Source: Flavobacteriaceae bacterium
GTDB taxonomy: Bacteria > Bacteroidota > Bacteroidia > Flavobacteriales > Flavobacteriaceae
NCBI GenBank assembly: GCA_947488595.1
Contig: CANKZI010000006.1
Span: 11,268-75,267, forward strand
Direction of reading: 5' to 3'
DNA: 64,000 nucleotides
Part shown: in pieces, positions 8,879 to 18,166 of the stretch
How positions within the stretch are numbered: the stretch's first letter is position 1
Layout: each line of letters begins with the position of its first letter
Program-made: the position numbers and the translations under genes
Notes under the pieces: generated by a model
Told to the model about the DNA's origin: nothing
Seen by the model: only the letters and a program-made list of their open reading frames with translations
Database searches by the model: none

Positions 8879-9556
8879 ATGAAAATACTTATTGTACTTA
8901 CCTCTAATAGTCAGCTCGGTCTTTCTAATGAGAAAACCGGGTTTTGGATTGAAGAATTTGCAACGCCCTATTATTTATTTAAAGAAGCGGGAATTCAAAT
9001 GGTACTTGCTTCACCCAAAGGAGGTCAACCACCAATCGATCCTAAAAGTGATGCTCCAGAAAACCAAACCGAAGCTACAATCAAATACAAGCACGACAAT
9101 GAATTGCTCGTATTTATGGCAAATACCGTAATATTAGAATCAATAAGTGCCAATGATTTTGATGCCATCTTTTATCCAGGCGGTCATGGTCCGTTGTGGG
9201 ATTTAACTACAGATAAGCATTCTATTGCTTTAATCGAAGCATTTTGGAGCACCAATAAACCAGTTGCAACCGTTTGCCATGCACCATCGGTTTTATTGCA
9301 TGTGAAAGATGATAACGGCAATTATTTGGTCAAAGGAAAAAAAGTTACTGCATTCTCGAATACCGAAGAAATAGCTGTAAAACTTGAAAAACTTGTTCCG
9401 TTTTCATTGGAAGATGAGTTAAAAAATAAAGGTGGTATTTATTCGAAAAAAGACGATCGGACAAGTTATATGGTTAAAGATGGTTTATTAATCACGGGAC
9501 AAAATCCACAATCTTCAGCAGCAGTTGCCGAGGCATTACTTGCTATTTTAAAATAA
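8879..9556 (+). CDS. DJ-1/PfpI-type class I glutamine amidotransferase-like protein
   Basis: Nucleophile-elbow motif VATVCHAPSVLL and the 225-aa size are typical of this family. Confidence 0.8.
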   Translation: MKILIVLTSNSQLGLSNEKTGFWIEEFATPYYLFKEAGIQMVLASPKGGQPPIDPKSDAPENQTEATIKYKHDNELLVFMANTVILESISANDFDAIFYPGGHGPLWDLTTDKHSIALIEAFWSTNKPVATVCHAPSVLLHVKDDNGNYLVKGKKVTAFSNTEEIAVKLEKLVPFSLEDELKNKGGIYSKKDDRTSYMVKDGLLITGQNPQSSAAVAEALLAILK

Positions 9557-9642
9557 TAAAAGTAAAGTCTAAATCATAAATCCTTTTATAAAATGGTAAC
9601 AATAGACAAAAGGCATTACCATCAAAAATATATTAAATTGTA

Positions 9643-9650
9643 TACTTTTG
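9643..9650 (+). promoter_or_regulatory. candidate -7 promoter box (TACTTTTG) for the P-type ATPase
   Basis: Matches TAnnTTTG and leaves a ~90-nt leader before the ATG at 9744. Confidence 0.3.
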
Positions 9651-9743
9651 ATAAAAATCCAAACAAAAATTTGGGGGAACGAAATCACTTTGCTTACAAA
9701 AATCGGAAGTTTTGTGATTTTTAAAACGAATGATGATTAAACG

Positions 9744-12248
9744 ATGACTACAAATAACTTCAATATCAACGGATTGTCAAATGAAGAAGTCATTCTGTCA
9801 AGAAATAAAAACGGACAAAATTCGGTTACTTACAAAGAAGAAAATCATTTATTAAAAGCGATTATAAAATTCCTAAAAGACCCAATGATTCTTTTATTAT
9901 TGGTTGCTTCTATTATTTATTTTGTAAGTGGAAAAACTGCTGACGCGCTGTTCTTAGCTTCTGCAATTGTATTGGTTTCTGCCATTTCTTCGTTTCAAAA
10001 TGCGAGAAGTCGTAATGCTTTGGCCAAGTTAAAAGATTTTACAAAACCCAAATGTAAAGTCATAAGAAACGGAAAAATAATCGAAATAAAAACCGAAGAA
10101 TTGGTTATTGGCGATAGTTTATTGGTCGAAGAAGGAAGTTCTATTTCTGCCGATGGTACAATCATACATTCGAACGATTTTTCGGTAAATGAAGCCATTC
10201 TTACTGGCGAATCAATGTCGGTAATCAAAGATAAAACTTCAAAAGAAAACGTAGTTTTTCAAGGTACAATCGTTGCAAGCGGTTTGGCAATTGCAACCGT
10301 TACTGCTATTGGAAGCAAAACCAAACTCGGAATAATAGGCAAAAGTCTCGAAAACATAAAGGAAGAAAAAACACCACTGGAAATTCAAATTGGCAATTTT
10401 GTTAAAAAAATGGCAATTGTAGGTGCGCTAGTTTTTTTGATTGTTTGGGCAATTAATTATTTTAAGTCTTATAATTTATTGGACAGTTTACTCAAAGCAT
10501 TAACGTTGGCAATGAGTATTTTACCCGAAGAAATTCCGATTGCTTTTACAACATTTATGGCACTCGGTGCTTGGCGCATGATGAAAAAAGGCATCATTGT
10601 CAAACAAATGAAAACCGTCGAAACCCTTGGAAGTGCCACCGTAATTTGCATTGATAAAACAGGCACAATTACCGAAAATATAATGAGTTTGGCTAAAATT
10701 TTTACTTTACAAACTAGTAAAATCAATGATTTAGCAACCGAATTAAATGATGATGAAAAGGAATTAATTGCATTATCAATGTGGGCAAGCGAATCCATTC
10801 CGTTCGATCCGATGGAAGTGGCCTTGCACGAAACCTATTCAAAAGTCATCACAAATGACGAACGATCCCATTTTAAAATGGTGCACGAATATCCATTATC
10901 AGGCAAACCGCCAATGATGACTCATGTTTTCGAAAGTAAATCTGGCAAAAGAATTATAGCAGCAAAAGGTGGTTCGGAAGCGATCATGGCAATTTCAAAA
11001 TTATCAGAAAAAGAGAAAGCAGCAATTCTAGCAGCGATACAATTACTTTCAACTGATGGTTACAGAATTTTGGCAGTTGGTGAATCCAATTTTGAAGGAA
11101 AAAATTATCCGCAAACACAACAAGAATTAAAATTTAAATTCAAAGGATTATTGGCATTTTATGATCCACCAAAAAAGAACATTCACCTGGTTTTACAGCA
11201 TTTTTACAAAGCCGGAATTGCAGTCAAAATTATTACTGGCGATAATGCCGAAACTACTTCGGCTATCGCCAAACAAATAGGTTTTGAGGGTTACGAAAAC
11301 AGTATTTCGGGTGACGAATTAATGAAATTGACAGATGCAGCATTTAAAAAGAAAGTGCTCGAAGTAAATTTATTTACCAGAATGTTTCCCGAAGCCAAAC
11401 TCAGAATCATCAAAGCGTTAAAATCAAATAAAGAAATTGTAGCCATGACTGGCGATGGCGTAAATGATGGCCCAGCATTAAAATCTGCCCACATCGGTAT
11501 CGCAATGGGAAAAAAGGGCACCGAAATTGCAAAACAAGCCGCATCATTAATTATTATTAACGACGATTTAGACAAAATGGTTTTTGCCGTCGCAATGGGA
11601 AGAAAAATTTATGCCAATCTAAAAAAAGCCATTCAGTTTATCATTTCCATTCACATTCCAATTATTCTTACCGTGTTTGTTCCGTTGGCTTTGGGCTGGT
11701 TGTATCCTAATATCTTTTCGCCTGTGCACATTATATTCCTCGAATTGGTAATGGGGCCAACTTGTTCAATTGTTTATGAAAACGAACCTATCGAAAAAAA
11801 TACCATGACGCAACAACCTCGTCCATTTACAACTACTTTTTTCAATTGGAAAGAATTGTCAACCAGTATAATTCAAGGTTTAATTATTACAATCGGAACG
11901 TTGTTTTGTTATCAATTTGCCATTTATCAGGGATTTAACGAAGCAGTAACCCGAACTATGGTTTTTGTTGTATTGGTTACTGCTAATGTTTTTCTAACCT
12001 TGGTCAATCGTTCATTTTACTATTCGATTTTTACCACTTTATTGTATAAAAACAATTTGGTTCCCATCGTTATTGGAATTACAATTTTTGTCACCGGATT
12101 GTTGCTATATGTACAACCACTGACGGCATTTTTTGCATTTGAACACTTGAATAAGAATCAGTTATTCTTTGCTGTTGGCTTAGGTTTTATTGTTGTAATT
12201 TGGTATGAATTTGTAAAATTGATCAAACGGAATTCTAAAAGAATTTAA
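9744..12248 (+). CDS. cation-transporting P-type ATPase (P2-like, Ca2+/Mg2+ class)
   Basis: Phosphorylation motif CIDKTGTITEN, hinge motif TGDGVNDGPALK, TGES actuator motif and about 10 TM helices. Confidence 0.9.
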   Translation: MTTNNFNINGLSNEEVILSRNKNGQNSVTYKEENHLLKAIIKFLKDPMILLLLVASIIYFVSGKTADALFLASAIVLVSAISSFQNARSRNALAKLKDFTKPKCKVIRNGKIIEIKTEELVIGDSLLVEEGSSISADGTIIHSNDFSVNEAILTGESMSVIKDKTSKENVVFQGTIVASGLAIATVTAIGSKTKLGIIGKSLENIKEEKTPLEIQIGNFVKKMAIVGALVFLIVWAINYFKSYNLLDSLLKALTLAMSILPEEIPIAFTTFMALGAWRMMKKGIIVKQMKTVETLGSATVICIDKTGTITENIMSLAKIFTLQTSKINDLATELNDDEKELIALSMWASESIPFDPMEVALHETYSKVITNDERSHFKMVHEYPLSGKPPMMTHVFESKSGKRIIAAKGGSEAIMAISKLSEKEKAAILAAIQLLSTDGYRILAVGESNFEGKNYPQTQQELKFKFKGLLAFYDPPKKNIHLVLQHFYKAGIAVKIITGDNAETTSAIAKQIGFEGYENSISGDELMKLTDAAFKKKVLEVNLFTRMFPEAKLRIIKALKSNKEIVAMTGDGVNDGPALKSAHIGIAMGKKGTEIAKQAASLIIINDDLDKMVFAVAMGRKIYANLKKAIQFIISIHIPIILTVFVPLALGWLYPNIFSPVHIIFLELVMGPTCSIVYENEPIEKNTMTQQPRPFTTTFFNWKELSTSIIQGLIITIGTLFCYQFAIYQGFNEAVTRTMVFVVLVTANVFLTLVNRSFYYSIFTTLLYKNNLVPIVIGITIFVTGLLLYVQPLTAFFAFEHLNKNQLFFAVGLGFIVVIWYEFVKLIKRNSKRI

Positions 12249-12476
12249 AAAATAAAAATCAATTTTTTTTAAATTCATAATTATGAAAATATCAAAACCT
12301 GAAAAACTTTTTTAAAGACAAAAAAAGTCGCAATAATACACGAATTTTCAGCATTAGATTTGCTTTCTAATAAAACAGATGCCATTGTTATATACCCAAA
12401 ACAAGCTTTGCTATTGCTTGTAGCGTAACTGAATGACCAGATAAAACTAAAAATTAAACTTAAAAAATAAATTATT

Positions 12477-12716
12477 ATGTGGAAAGAAGAAAACAATCAA
12501 TTAAAACGCAGTTTTGAGTTTAAGGACTTTGCAGCAGCGTTTTCTTTTATGACTAAAGTAGCCGATGTTGCCGAAAAAATGAACCATCATCCAAATTGGA
12601 ATAATGCTTATAACAAAGTAGAAATAGCATTGTTTACGCACGATGCAAAAGATACAATTACTGAAAAAGACATCAATTTAGCCAAAGCAATTGATTTGAT
12701 TTATGAAAATAAATAA
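12477..12716 (+). CDS. phhB: 4a-hydroxytetrahydrobiopterin (pterin-4a-carbinolamine) dehydratase
   Basis: 79-aa protein with the HHPNW motif characteristic of PCD. Confidence 0.8.
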   Translation: MWKEENNQLKRSFEFKDFAAAFSFMTKVADVAEKMNHHPNWNNAYNKVEIALFTHDAKDTITEKDINLAKAIDLIYENK

Positions 12717-12760
12717 TTACAAAAATTTTCCACTAAGTAATCTAATAACTTAAAATATAA

Positions 12761-13339
12761 ATGAAAAACATCCTAATCATCAATGCACATCCAGACAAAA
12801 AGAGTTTTTGTTTTGCTTTAGCCGAAAGTTACAAAATGGGCGCTGTTAAAACCAATTCCAATGTAAAGTTGGTGCACTTAGTTGATTTGAAGTTCAATCC
12901 AATTTTGACTTATGGTTATCGAAAAATATCTGAATTAGAACCCGATTTAATTCAAATACAACAAGACATTTTATGGGCAAATCACCTGGTTTTTGTTTAT
13001 CCGAATTGGTGGGCAACGTTTCCAGCATTGCTGAAAGGTTTTATTGATAGGGTTTTCGTGCCAGGATTTGCTTTTAAATACCGCGATAATTCGCCTTTTT
13101 GGGACAAACTATTAGCAAGCAAAACCGCAAGGCTAATTGTAACAATGGACACACCAAGTTGGTATTATTGGCTAATAAACCGACGTCCAGGACATCATGC
13201 CATGAAAATTGGAGTATTAGAATTTTGTGGCATAAAACCAGTTAAAATCACATCGCTTTCTCCAATAAAATCATCTAGTGAAGCAAAAAGAAAGAAATGG
13301 TTGGAAGAAGTTGAAATTTTGGGTCGGAAGGAAATTTAA
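12761..13339 (+). CDS. flavodoxin-like NAD(P)H-dependent oxidoreductase (quinone reductase family)
   Basis: N-terminal ILIINAHP signature and 192-aa size fit the Flavodoxin_2 type. Confidence 0.75.
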   Translation: MKNILIINAHPDKKSFCFALAESYKMGAVKTNSNVKLVHLVDLKFNPILTYGYRKISELEPDLIQIQQDILWANHLVFVYPNWWATFPALLKGFIDRVFVPGFAFKYRDNSPFWDKLLASKTARLIVTMDTPSWYYWLINRRPGHHAMKIGVLEFCGIKPVKITSLSPIKSSSEAKRKKWLEEVEILGRKEI

Positions 13340-13352
13340 TCTACTTTAAAAA

Positions 13353-14078
13353 ATGTTCCGACATCAAGGAAAAACGAGAACCACCAAACACAACTTGCAA
13401 GTTGCCTCCGTCTTGTCATTTGTGGCGGGAATTGTGAATGTTGCAGGTTTTTTGGCAGTCCAAAAACTAACTACCAATGTAACTGGACATTTTGCTTTTT
13501 TTGTAGATGAGGTTTTTCAATTGCATTTTTGGAGTGGTTTTGTTTATTTCTTTTATATCTTTTTCTTTTTTCTTGGCGCTTTTGTTTCAGGTTTTTTGGT
13601 CGAATTAGTTGCTCGTAAAAATCAAATCACAACCTACATTATTCCGATTATTATCGAAATTATTTTGCTTTTATTTGTCGCTATTTTCGGGGAAAATCTT
13701 ATTGAAAATTATGCCAATAGCATTGCCTGTATTTTGTTATTTTCGATGGGATTGCAAAATGCTTTGGTAACCAAAATATCAAATGCTGTAGTGAGAACGA
13801 CCCATTTAACTGGGCTTTTTACAGATTTGGGAATTGAATTGGCACAATTATTTTTCTACAAACAACTTGATTCTAGACAAAAATTATTTGCTTCAATCAA
13901 ATTGCGATTGACCATTATAAGTTGCTTTTTTATTGGCGGAATTGTTGGTGGCGTATTTTATTCAAAATGGCAATTGAAAGTGTTGCTTATTGCTGTGTTG
14001 GCTTTGGTTATAGGTTTGATATACGATTTTCTAAAATTCAAAATAATTAGGATTAATAGAAGGTTGCATCAAATGTAG
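13353..14078 (+). CDS. YoaK/DUF1275 family membrane protein
   Basis: Polytopic membrane protein with NVTGHF and VRTTHLTGLFTDLGIE motifs typical of DUF1275. Confidence 0.75.
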   Translation: MFRHQGKTRTTKHNLQVASVLSFVAGIVNVAGFLAVQKLTTNVTGHFAFFVDEVFQLHFWSGFVYFFYIFFFFLGAFVSGFLVELVARKNQITTYIIPIIIEIILLLFVAIFGENLIENYANSIACILLFSMGLQNALVTKISNAVVRTTHLTGLFTDLGIELAQLFFYKQLDSRQKLFASIKLRLTIISCFFIGGIVGGVFYSKWQLKVLLIAVLALVIGLIYDFLKFKIIRINRRLHQM

Positions 14079-14139
14079 TCGCTTTATTTAATCGAAATGC
14101 AATAAAAATCCATCGTTTACTTATTAACTTCAACAGAAA

Positions 14140-14176
14140 AACCGTTAGACATTTAGGAATAACGGTTTTGTGTTTT
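14140..14176. terminator. bidirectional hairpin terminator between convergent genes
   Basis: AACCGTTA-12 nt-TAACGGTT forms an 8-bp stem. It has an A-run on the 5' side and a T-rich tail on the 3' side. Confidence 0.6.
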
Positions 14177-14186
14177 GAATTAAAGA

Positions 14187-15635
14187 TTAATAATAAGTAA
14201 ACCGTCTTACTTTTGCAATATATTTTGCCAATCGGATCACTTGGTGGCTGTAGCCATATTCGTTATCATACCAAATGTAAAGCACAATATTTTTGCCGTC
14301 GGCCGAAACAATTGTCGCATTACTGTCGTAAATCGATGGCGCCGAAGTGCCAATAATATCAGACGAAACCAACTCATTGTTTAAAGAATATTTAATTTGC
14401 TCGACCAATTCGCCTTCCAAAGCATATTTTTTCATAATGGCATTGACCTCTTCGATACTGGTCGATCGCGACACCTCTAAATTCAAAACCACCAAAGAAC
14501 CGTTGGGCACAGGAACTCGAATGGCATTAGAAGTTAATTTTCCAGTCAAACTCGGTAATGCTTTTGCAACAGCACTTCCAGCACCGGTTTCAGTAATTAC
14601 CATATTTAATCCAGCGGCACGACCACGGCGGTATTTTTTGTGCATATTGTCAACCAAATTCTGGTCGTTCGTATAAGCATGAATCGTTTCTAAATGCCCT
14701 TTTACAACAACCAAAGTATCTTCGATTGCTTTTAAAATCGGTGTAATTGCATTGGTCGTGCAGGATGCCGCCGAAAAAATGTCAATTTCATCTGGGTTAT
14801 AGTCGTTTTGGTTGACGCCATGAACAATGTTTGGAACACCTTTTCCAGGCGCCGTCAGCAGTACTTTGGCAACTCCTTTTGAAGTCAAATGCCGCGCCAA
14901 TGCTTCTTGTGTCGTAAATGCACCAGTGTTGTCAATCACCAATGCTTCTTCAATTCCGTAAAAGGTATAATCAATATCTTCGGGATTATTGGCAGTAATA
15001 ATATGTACCGTTGTGCCATTAATAATCAACGCATTGTTTTCGATATCAGCAAGTACCGAACCTTGAAAATCGCCGTGAATAGAATCGTAGCGCAACAATG
15101 AAGCTCTTTTTTCTAATGTAATGGCGTCATTTTTATCACGGGTTACAATTGCACGTAATCGCAATTGATTGCCTTTTCCCATTTTTGACATCATTTCGCG
15201 GGCCAAAAGCCTTCCGATTCTACCAAAACCATAAAGTACTACATCTTTGGGTTGAATGTCTTCTTTGGATTTGGCATTTTTTAATTTATCGATAACAAAT
15301 GATTTGGCATTGCTGTATTTGTCGTCTTTCAGATGAAATTCGTAAGTAAGTTTACCAATATCCAATTTTGATGGCGGTAAATCCAACGAAAGTAAGGCTT
15401 TGGCAATTTCAACCGAATCAAAAACCGAAATAGGTTTGCCTACAAAAGCGCCCGCATATTCGTGTAAATTGATAATTTCGCTTACGTTGCGGTCAATAAG
15501 TTGGTTCCGAAAAAGAACCATTTCGATGGATTTGTCATACCATAAATCGCTGATAATGTTAATAAGTTCAACTCCAGCGCGTCTTCTGTCCGCCTGAAAA
15601 GATAATTCTCTTTCGTATAATGCGTTGGTTGTCAT
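14187..15635 (-). CDS. gap: glyceraldehyde-3-phosphate dehydrogenase, long form (~130-aa N-terminal extension)
   Basis: GFGRIGR Rossmann motif and catalytic SAASCTTN. The start is placed at the ATG at 15635 (MTTNALYERE) because a TACTTTTG promoter box lies inside the longer listed ORF. Confidence 0.9.
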   Translation of the reverse strand: MTTNALYERELSFQADRRRAGVELINIISDLWYDKSIEMVLFRNQLIDRNVSEIINLHEYAGAFVGKPISVFDSVEIAKALLSLDLPPSKLDIGKLTYEFHLKDDKYSNAKSFVIDKLKNAKSKEDIQPKDVVLYGFGRIGRLLAREMMSKMGKGNQLRLRAIVTRDKNDAITLEKRASLLRYDSIHGDFQGSVLADIENNALIINGTTVHIITANNPEDIDYTFYGIEEALVIDNTGAFTTQEALARHLTSKGVAKVLLTAPGKGVPNIVHGVNQNDYNPDEIDIFSAASCTTNAITPILKAIEDTLVVVKGHLETIHAYTNDQNLVDNMHKKYRRGRAAGLNMVITETGAGSAVAKALPSLTGKLTSNAIRVPVPNGSLVVLNLEVSRSTSIEEVNAIMKKYALEGELVEQIKYSLNNELVSSDIIGTSAPSIYDSNATIVSADGKNIVLYIWYDNEYGYSHQVIRLAKYIAKVRRFTYY

Positions 15636-15713
15636 GGGTATCAAATTATAAATAGTTAGTGTTGGTATTTTTAATTTAACTTCGTTCAATTGGGCCTTTT
15701 GGCTTGAATCGTG

Positions 15714-15721
15714 CAAAAGTA
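15714..15721 (-). promoter_or_regulatory. candidate -7 promoter box (TACTTTTG) for gap
   Basis: The reverse complement of CAAAAGTA matches TAnnTTTG, ~80 nt upstream of the ATG at 15635. Confidence 0.35.
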
Positions 15722-15738
15722 TTCAATTCAATTGTTTT

Positions 15739-15754
15739 ACGAAAACGTTTTCGT
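15739..15754. promoter_or_regulatory. perfect 16-bp palindrome ACGAAAACGTTTTCGT, candidate LacI/GalR-type operator
   Basis: Perfect dyad with a central CG. It lies 18 bp upstream of the gap -7 box, over the expected -33 region. Confidence 0.35.
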
Positions 15755-15769
15755 TATTTTTTTTGCAAC

Positions 15770-15797
15770 AAAAAAAACCGGTCAATATTAACCGGTT
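15770..15797 (-). terminator. rho-independent terminator after htrA
   Basis: On the minus strand, AACCGGT-8 nt-ACCGGTT is followed by T8. Confidence 0.75.
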
Positions 15798-15819
15798 TTT
15801 AAAACTAACAAATACTTAT

Positions 15820-17217
15820 TTATAATATGATTCGCAGTCGCTGACCGTTTTGCGTGATCATTTCAATCTGAACATTTTGATTTTCGCCCACTTTTGAAAG
15901 CAATTTAGAAACGGTTTCAACATCAGTCGCTTTGATATTGCCGATACTCAAAATGATGCCATTTTTTAAATCATCGGCAAACTCATTTAACTGTTCATTG
16001 TTGAGGTCCTTAATTTTTACGCCATAATCAATTCTAAATTTTTTCTTATCGTTTGCGTCGATATTTTCTAATTCGATTCCTTTATAATCAGTACTAATAA
16101 CATCATATTTGGTCAAAGTTACCAAAGCAGTTTTTGTATTTTGGTTCCTAATAAAAGTAACTTCCACTTTGTCATTTGGTCTTTTTGTGTTGATAAAACC
16201 AGCCAAATCAGCATACGAAAAAATAGTGCGTTCGTCGAGTTTGGTAATAACATCGCCTTTTTGTAAGCCCGCTTTCTCTGCGCCAGAATTTTTATTGACC
16301 TTACTCACATAAACACCAGAAACTTCTTTTATACCTAATTCTTTTGAAAGTGCGTTATTCAATTCGCCACCTTCAATCCCCAAAATACCTCGTTGCACAT
16401 TACCAAATTCCATAATGTCTTCGATGATTTTTCGTGTAATATTAGATGGAACTGCAAACGAATAACCTACATAAGAACCTGTTTGCGACGAAATCATGGT
16501 ATTGATTCCGATCAATTCGCCACGTGTGTTAACCAATGCACCTCCGCTGTTTCCTGGGTTGACGGCGGCATCCGTTTGTATAAATGATTGAATCCCGTTG
16601 GTGTCTAAATTTCTGGCTTTGGCCGATACGATTCCGGCGGTTACTGTCGAATTCAAGTTATATGGATTACCAACTGCCAAAACCCATTCACCTACTTTTA
16701 CATTGTCAGAATCGGCAAATGTAGCATACGGCAATTTTTCATCTGTATTGATTTTTAAAAGCGCGATGTCCATTTTGGTATCGGATCCAATCAATTTTGC
16801 AGTATAAGTTTTGTTATTGTTTAACGTAATTTCGAGTTCCGAAGCATCTTTAATCACATGATTGTTAGTAACAATATACCCGTCTTCCGAAATAATTACG
16901 CCCGAGCCTGTACCAACTTGCTCTTGTTGCTGACCGCCGTGATAGCCATAAAAATATTCCATTATCGGATTGGAAACCGTTCGATAAGAAACATTTTTAA
17001 CATGCACCACACTGTGTACTGCTTTTTCTGCGGCAGTAGTAAAATCAATAGCTTCTGCTGATAAACCTACATTTTGAGAAAATACATTGGGCGCTTCAGT
17101 CACAATCGACTTCCGGGAACGCAATAAACCATCATCTTCTAAAAACAACTTGTAGGCGCCCAAAGTTGTGGCACCACTTAATAATGCGACGAAAAATAAA
17201 CTAGAAAACCTTTTCAT
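15820..17217 (-). CDS. htrA: Do/DegQ/HtrA family periplasmic serine endoprotease with PDZ domain(s)
   Basis: Signal peptide, trypsin-like catalytic motif GNSGGAL and a C-terminal PDZ-like region. Confidence 0.9.
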   Translation of the reverse strand: MKRFSSLFFVALLSGATTLGAYKLFLEDDGLLRSRKSIVTEAPNVFSQNVGLSAEAIDFTTAAEKAVHSVVHVKNVSYRTVSNPIMEYFYGYHGGQQQEQVGTGSGVIISEDGYIVTNNHVIKDASELEITLNNNKTYTAKLIGSDTKMDIALLKINTDEKLPYATFADSDNVKVGEWVLAVGNPYNLNSTVTAGIVSAKARNLDTNGIQSFIQTDAAVNPGNSGGALVNTRGELIGINTMISSQTGSYVGYSFAVPSNITRKIIEDIMEFGNVQRGILGIEGGELNNALSKELGIKEVSGVYVSKVNKNSGAEKAGLQKGDVITKLDERTIFSYADLAGFINTKRPNDKVEVTFIRNQNTKTALVTLTKYDVISTDYKGIELENIDANDKKKFRIDYGVKIKDLNNEQLNEFADDLKNGIILSIGNIKATDVETVSKLLSKVGENQNVQIEMITQNGQRLRIIL

Positions 17218-17321
17218 TTTTATTGTGATTTATGTTATGGAACGTAAAATTATATGTTTTTTTGATTCCGAAAATCAGTTTAACGCCTGATTAACAATGA
17301 TTAACTTTTCATTAATATTTG

Positions 17322-17329
17322 TACCTTTG
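17322..17329 (+). promoter_or_regulatory. candidate -7 promoter box (TACCTTTG) for dapF
   Basis: Matches TAnnTTTG, 20 nt upstream of the ATG at 17349. Confidence 0.35.
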
Positions 17330-17348
17330 AAGCAATACAAATTTAAAA

Positions 17349-18131
17349 ATGAATATCGAATTTTACAAATACCAAGGGACTGGAAATGATTTTGTAATGA
17401 TTGACAATCGCGACAACTTTTTTCCAAAAACCAACGTTCAAGTGATCGAAAAACTTTGCGACCGAAGATTTGGCATTGGTGCAGACGGATTGATTTTATT
17501 GGAGAAAGATGCTGAATATGATTTTAAAATGGTTTATTATAATGCAGATGGCAATCAAAGTTCAATGTGTGGTAATGGAGGAAGGTGCTTGGTCGCATTT
17601 GCAAAAAAACTTAATATTATTGAAAATAGCACCACTTTTATTGCTACAGATGGCGTACATTTTGCAACAATTGATGTTAACGGAATTGTCGCGTTACAAA
17701 TGAAAAATGTTGATGCTATTAAAACAACACCTGATTATGTTTTTCTTGATACAGGTTCGCCACATCATGTGCAATTGAGCAATAATCTAAAAAACTGTGA
17801 CATTAAAAAAGAAGGCGCTGCCATTCGGTATTCTGATTTGTATGGTTCAAAAGGGAGTAATGTGAATTTTGTTACACAAGAATCTGATGTTTTGTTTTCT
17901 GTCCGTACTTATGAACGTGGTGTAGAAGATGAAACTTTATCATGTGGCACTGGTGCAACTGCTGTAGCGATTGCCATGCATGCTACCGGAAGAACCCAGT
18001 CTGATTCGGTTTTTTTAAATGTTGAAGGCGGAAAACTAAAGGTTAGATTTGATGTTTCAAATGGAATTTACACCAATGTTTTTTTAGAAGGTCCAGCTAC
18101 TTTTGTTTATTCTGGTAGTGTAATAGTTTAA
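17349..18131 (+). CDS. dapF: diaminopimelate epimerase
   Basis: Both catalytic cysteine motifs are present (MCGNGGRC and LSCGTGATA). Length is 260 aa. Confidence 0.92.
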   Translation: MNIEFYKYQGTGNDFVMIDNRDNFFPKTNVQVIEKLCDRRFGIGADGLILLEKDAEYDFKMVYYNADGNQSSMCGNGGRCLVAFAKKLNIIENSTTFIATDGVHFATIDVNGIVALQMKNVDAIKTTPDYVFLDTGSPHHVQLSNNLKNCDIKKEGAAIRYSDLYGSKGSNVNFVTQESDVLFSVRTYERGVEDETLSCGTGATAVAIAMHATGRTQSDSVFLNVEGGKLKVRFDVSNGIYTNVFLEGPATFVYSGSVIV

Positions 18132-18166
18132 CGATTTATAATCCAATAATCCAACAATCCAATAAA

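Noticed and set aside
9671-9722. Possible yybP-ykoY (Mn2+) or M-box riboswitch in the P-type ATPase leader because of the GGGGGA tract.
   Set aside because: The leader is too short and lacks the other conserved segments of either motif as I remember them. I kept it only as a generic structured-leader observation in the findings.
12281-12496. 71-aa minus-strand ORF in the ATPase/phhB spacer.
   Set aside because: Low-complexity F/S/I-rich translation that overlaps the phhB start, with no motif.
18140-18163. Three tandem copies of the octamer AATCCAA(T/C) between dapF and the GNAT gene.
   Set aside because: 24 bp of simple repeat is too short to call a functional repeat, and it could be slippage in a spacer. 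Noted only.
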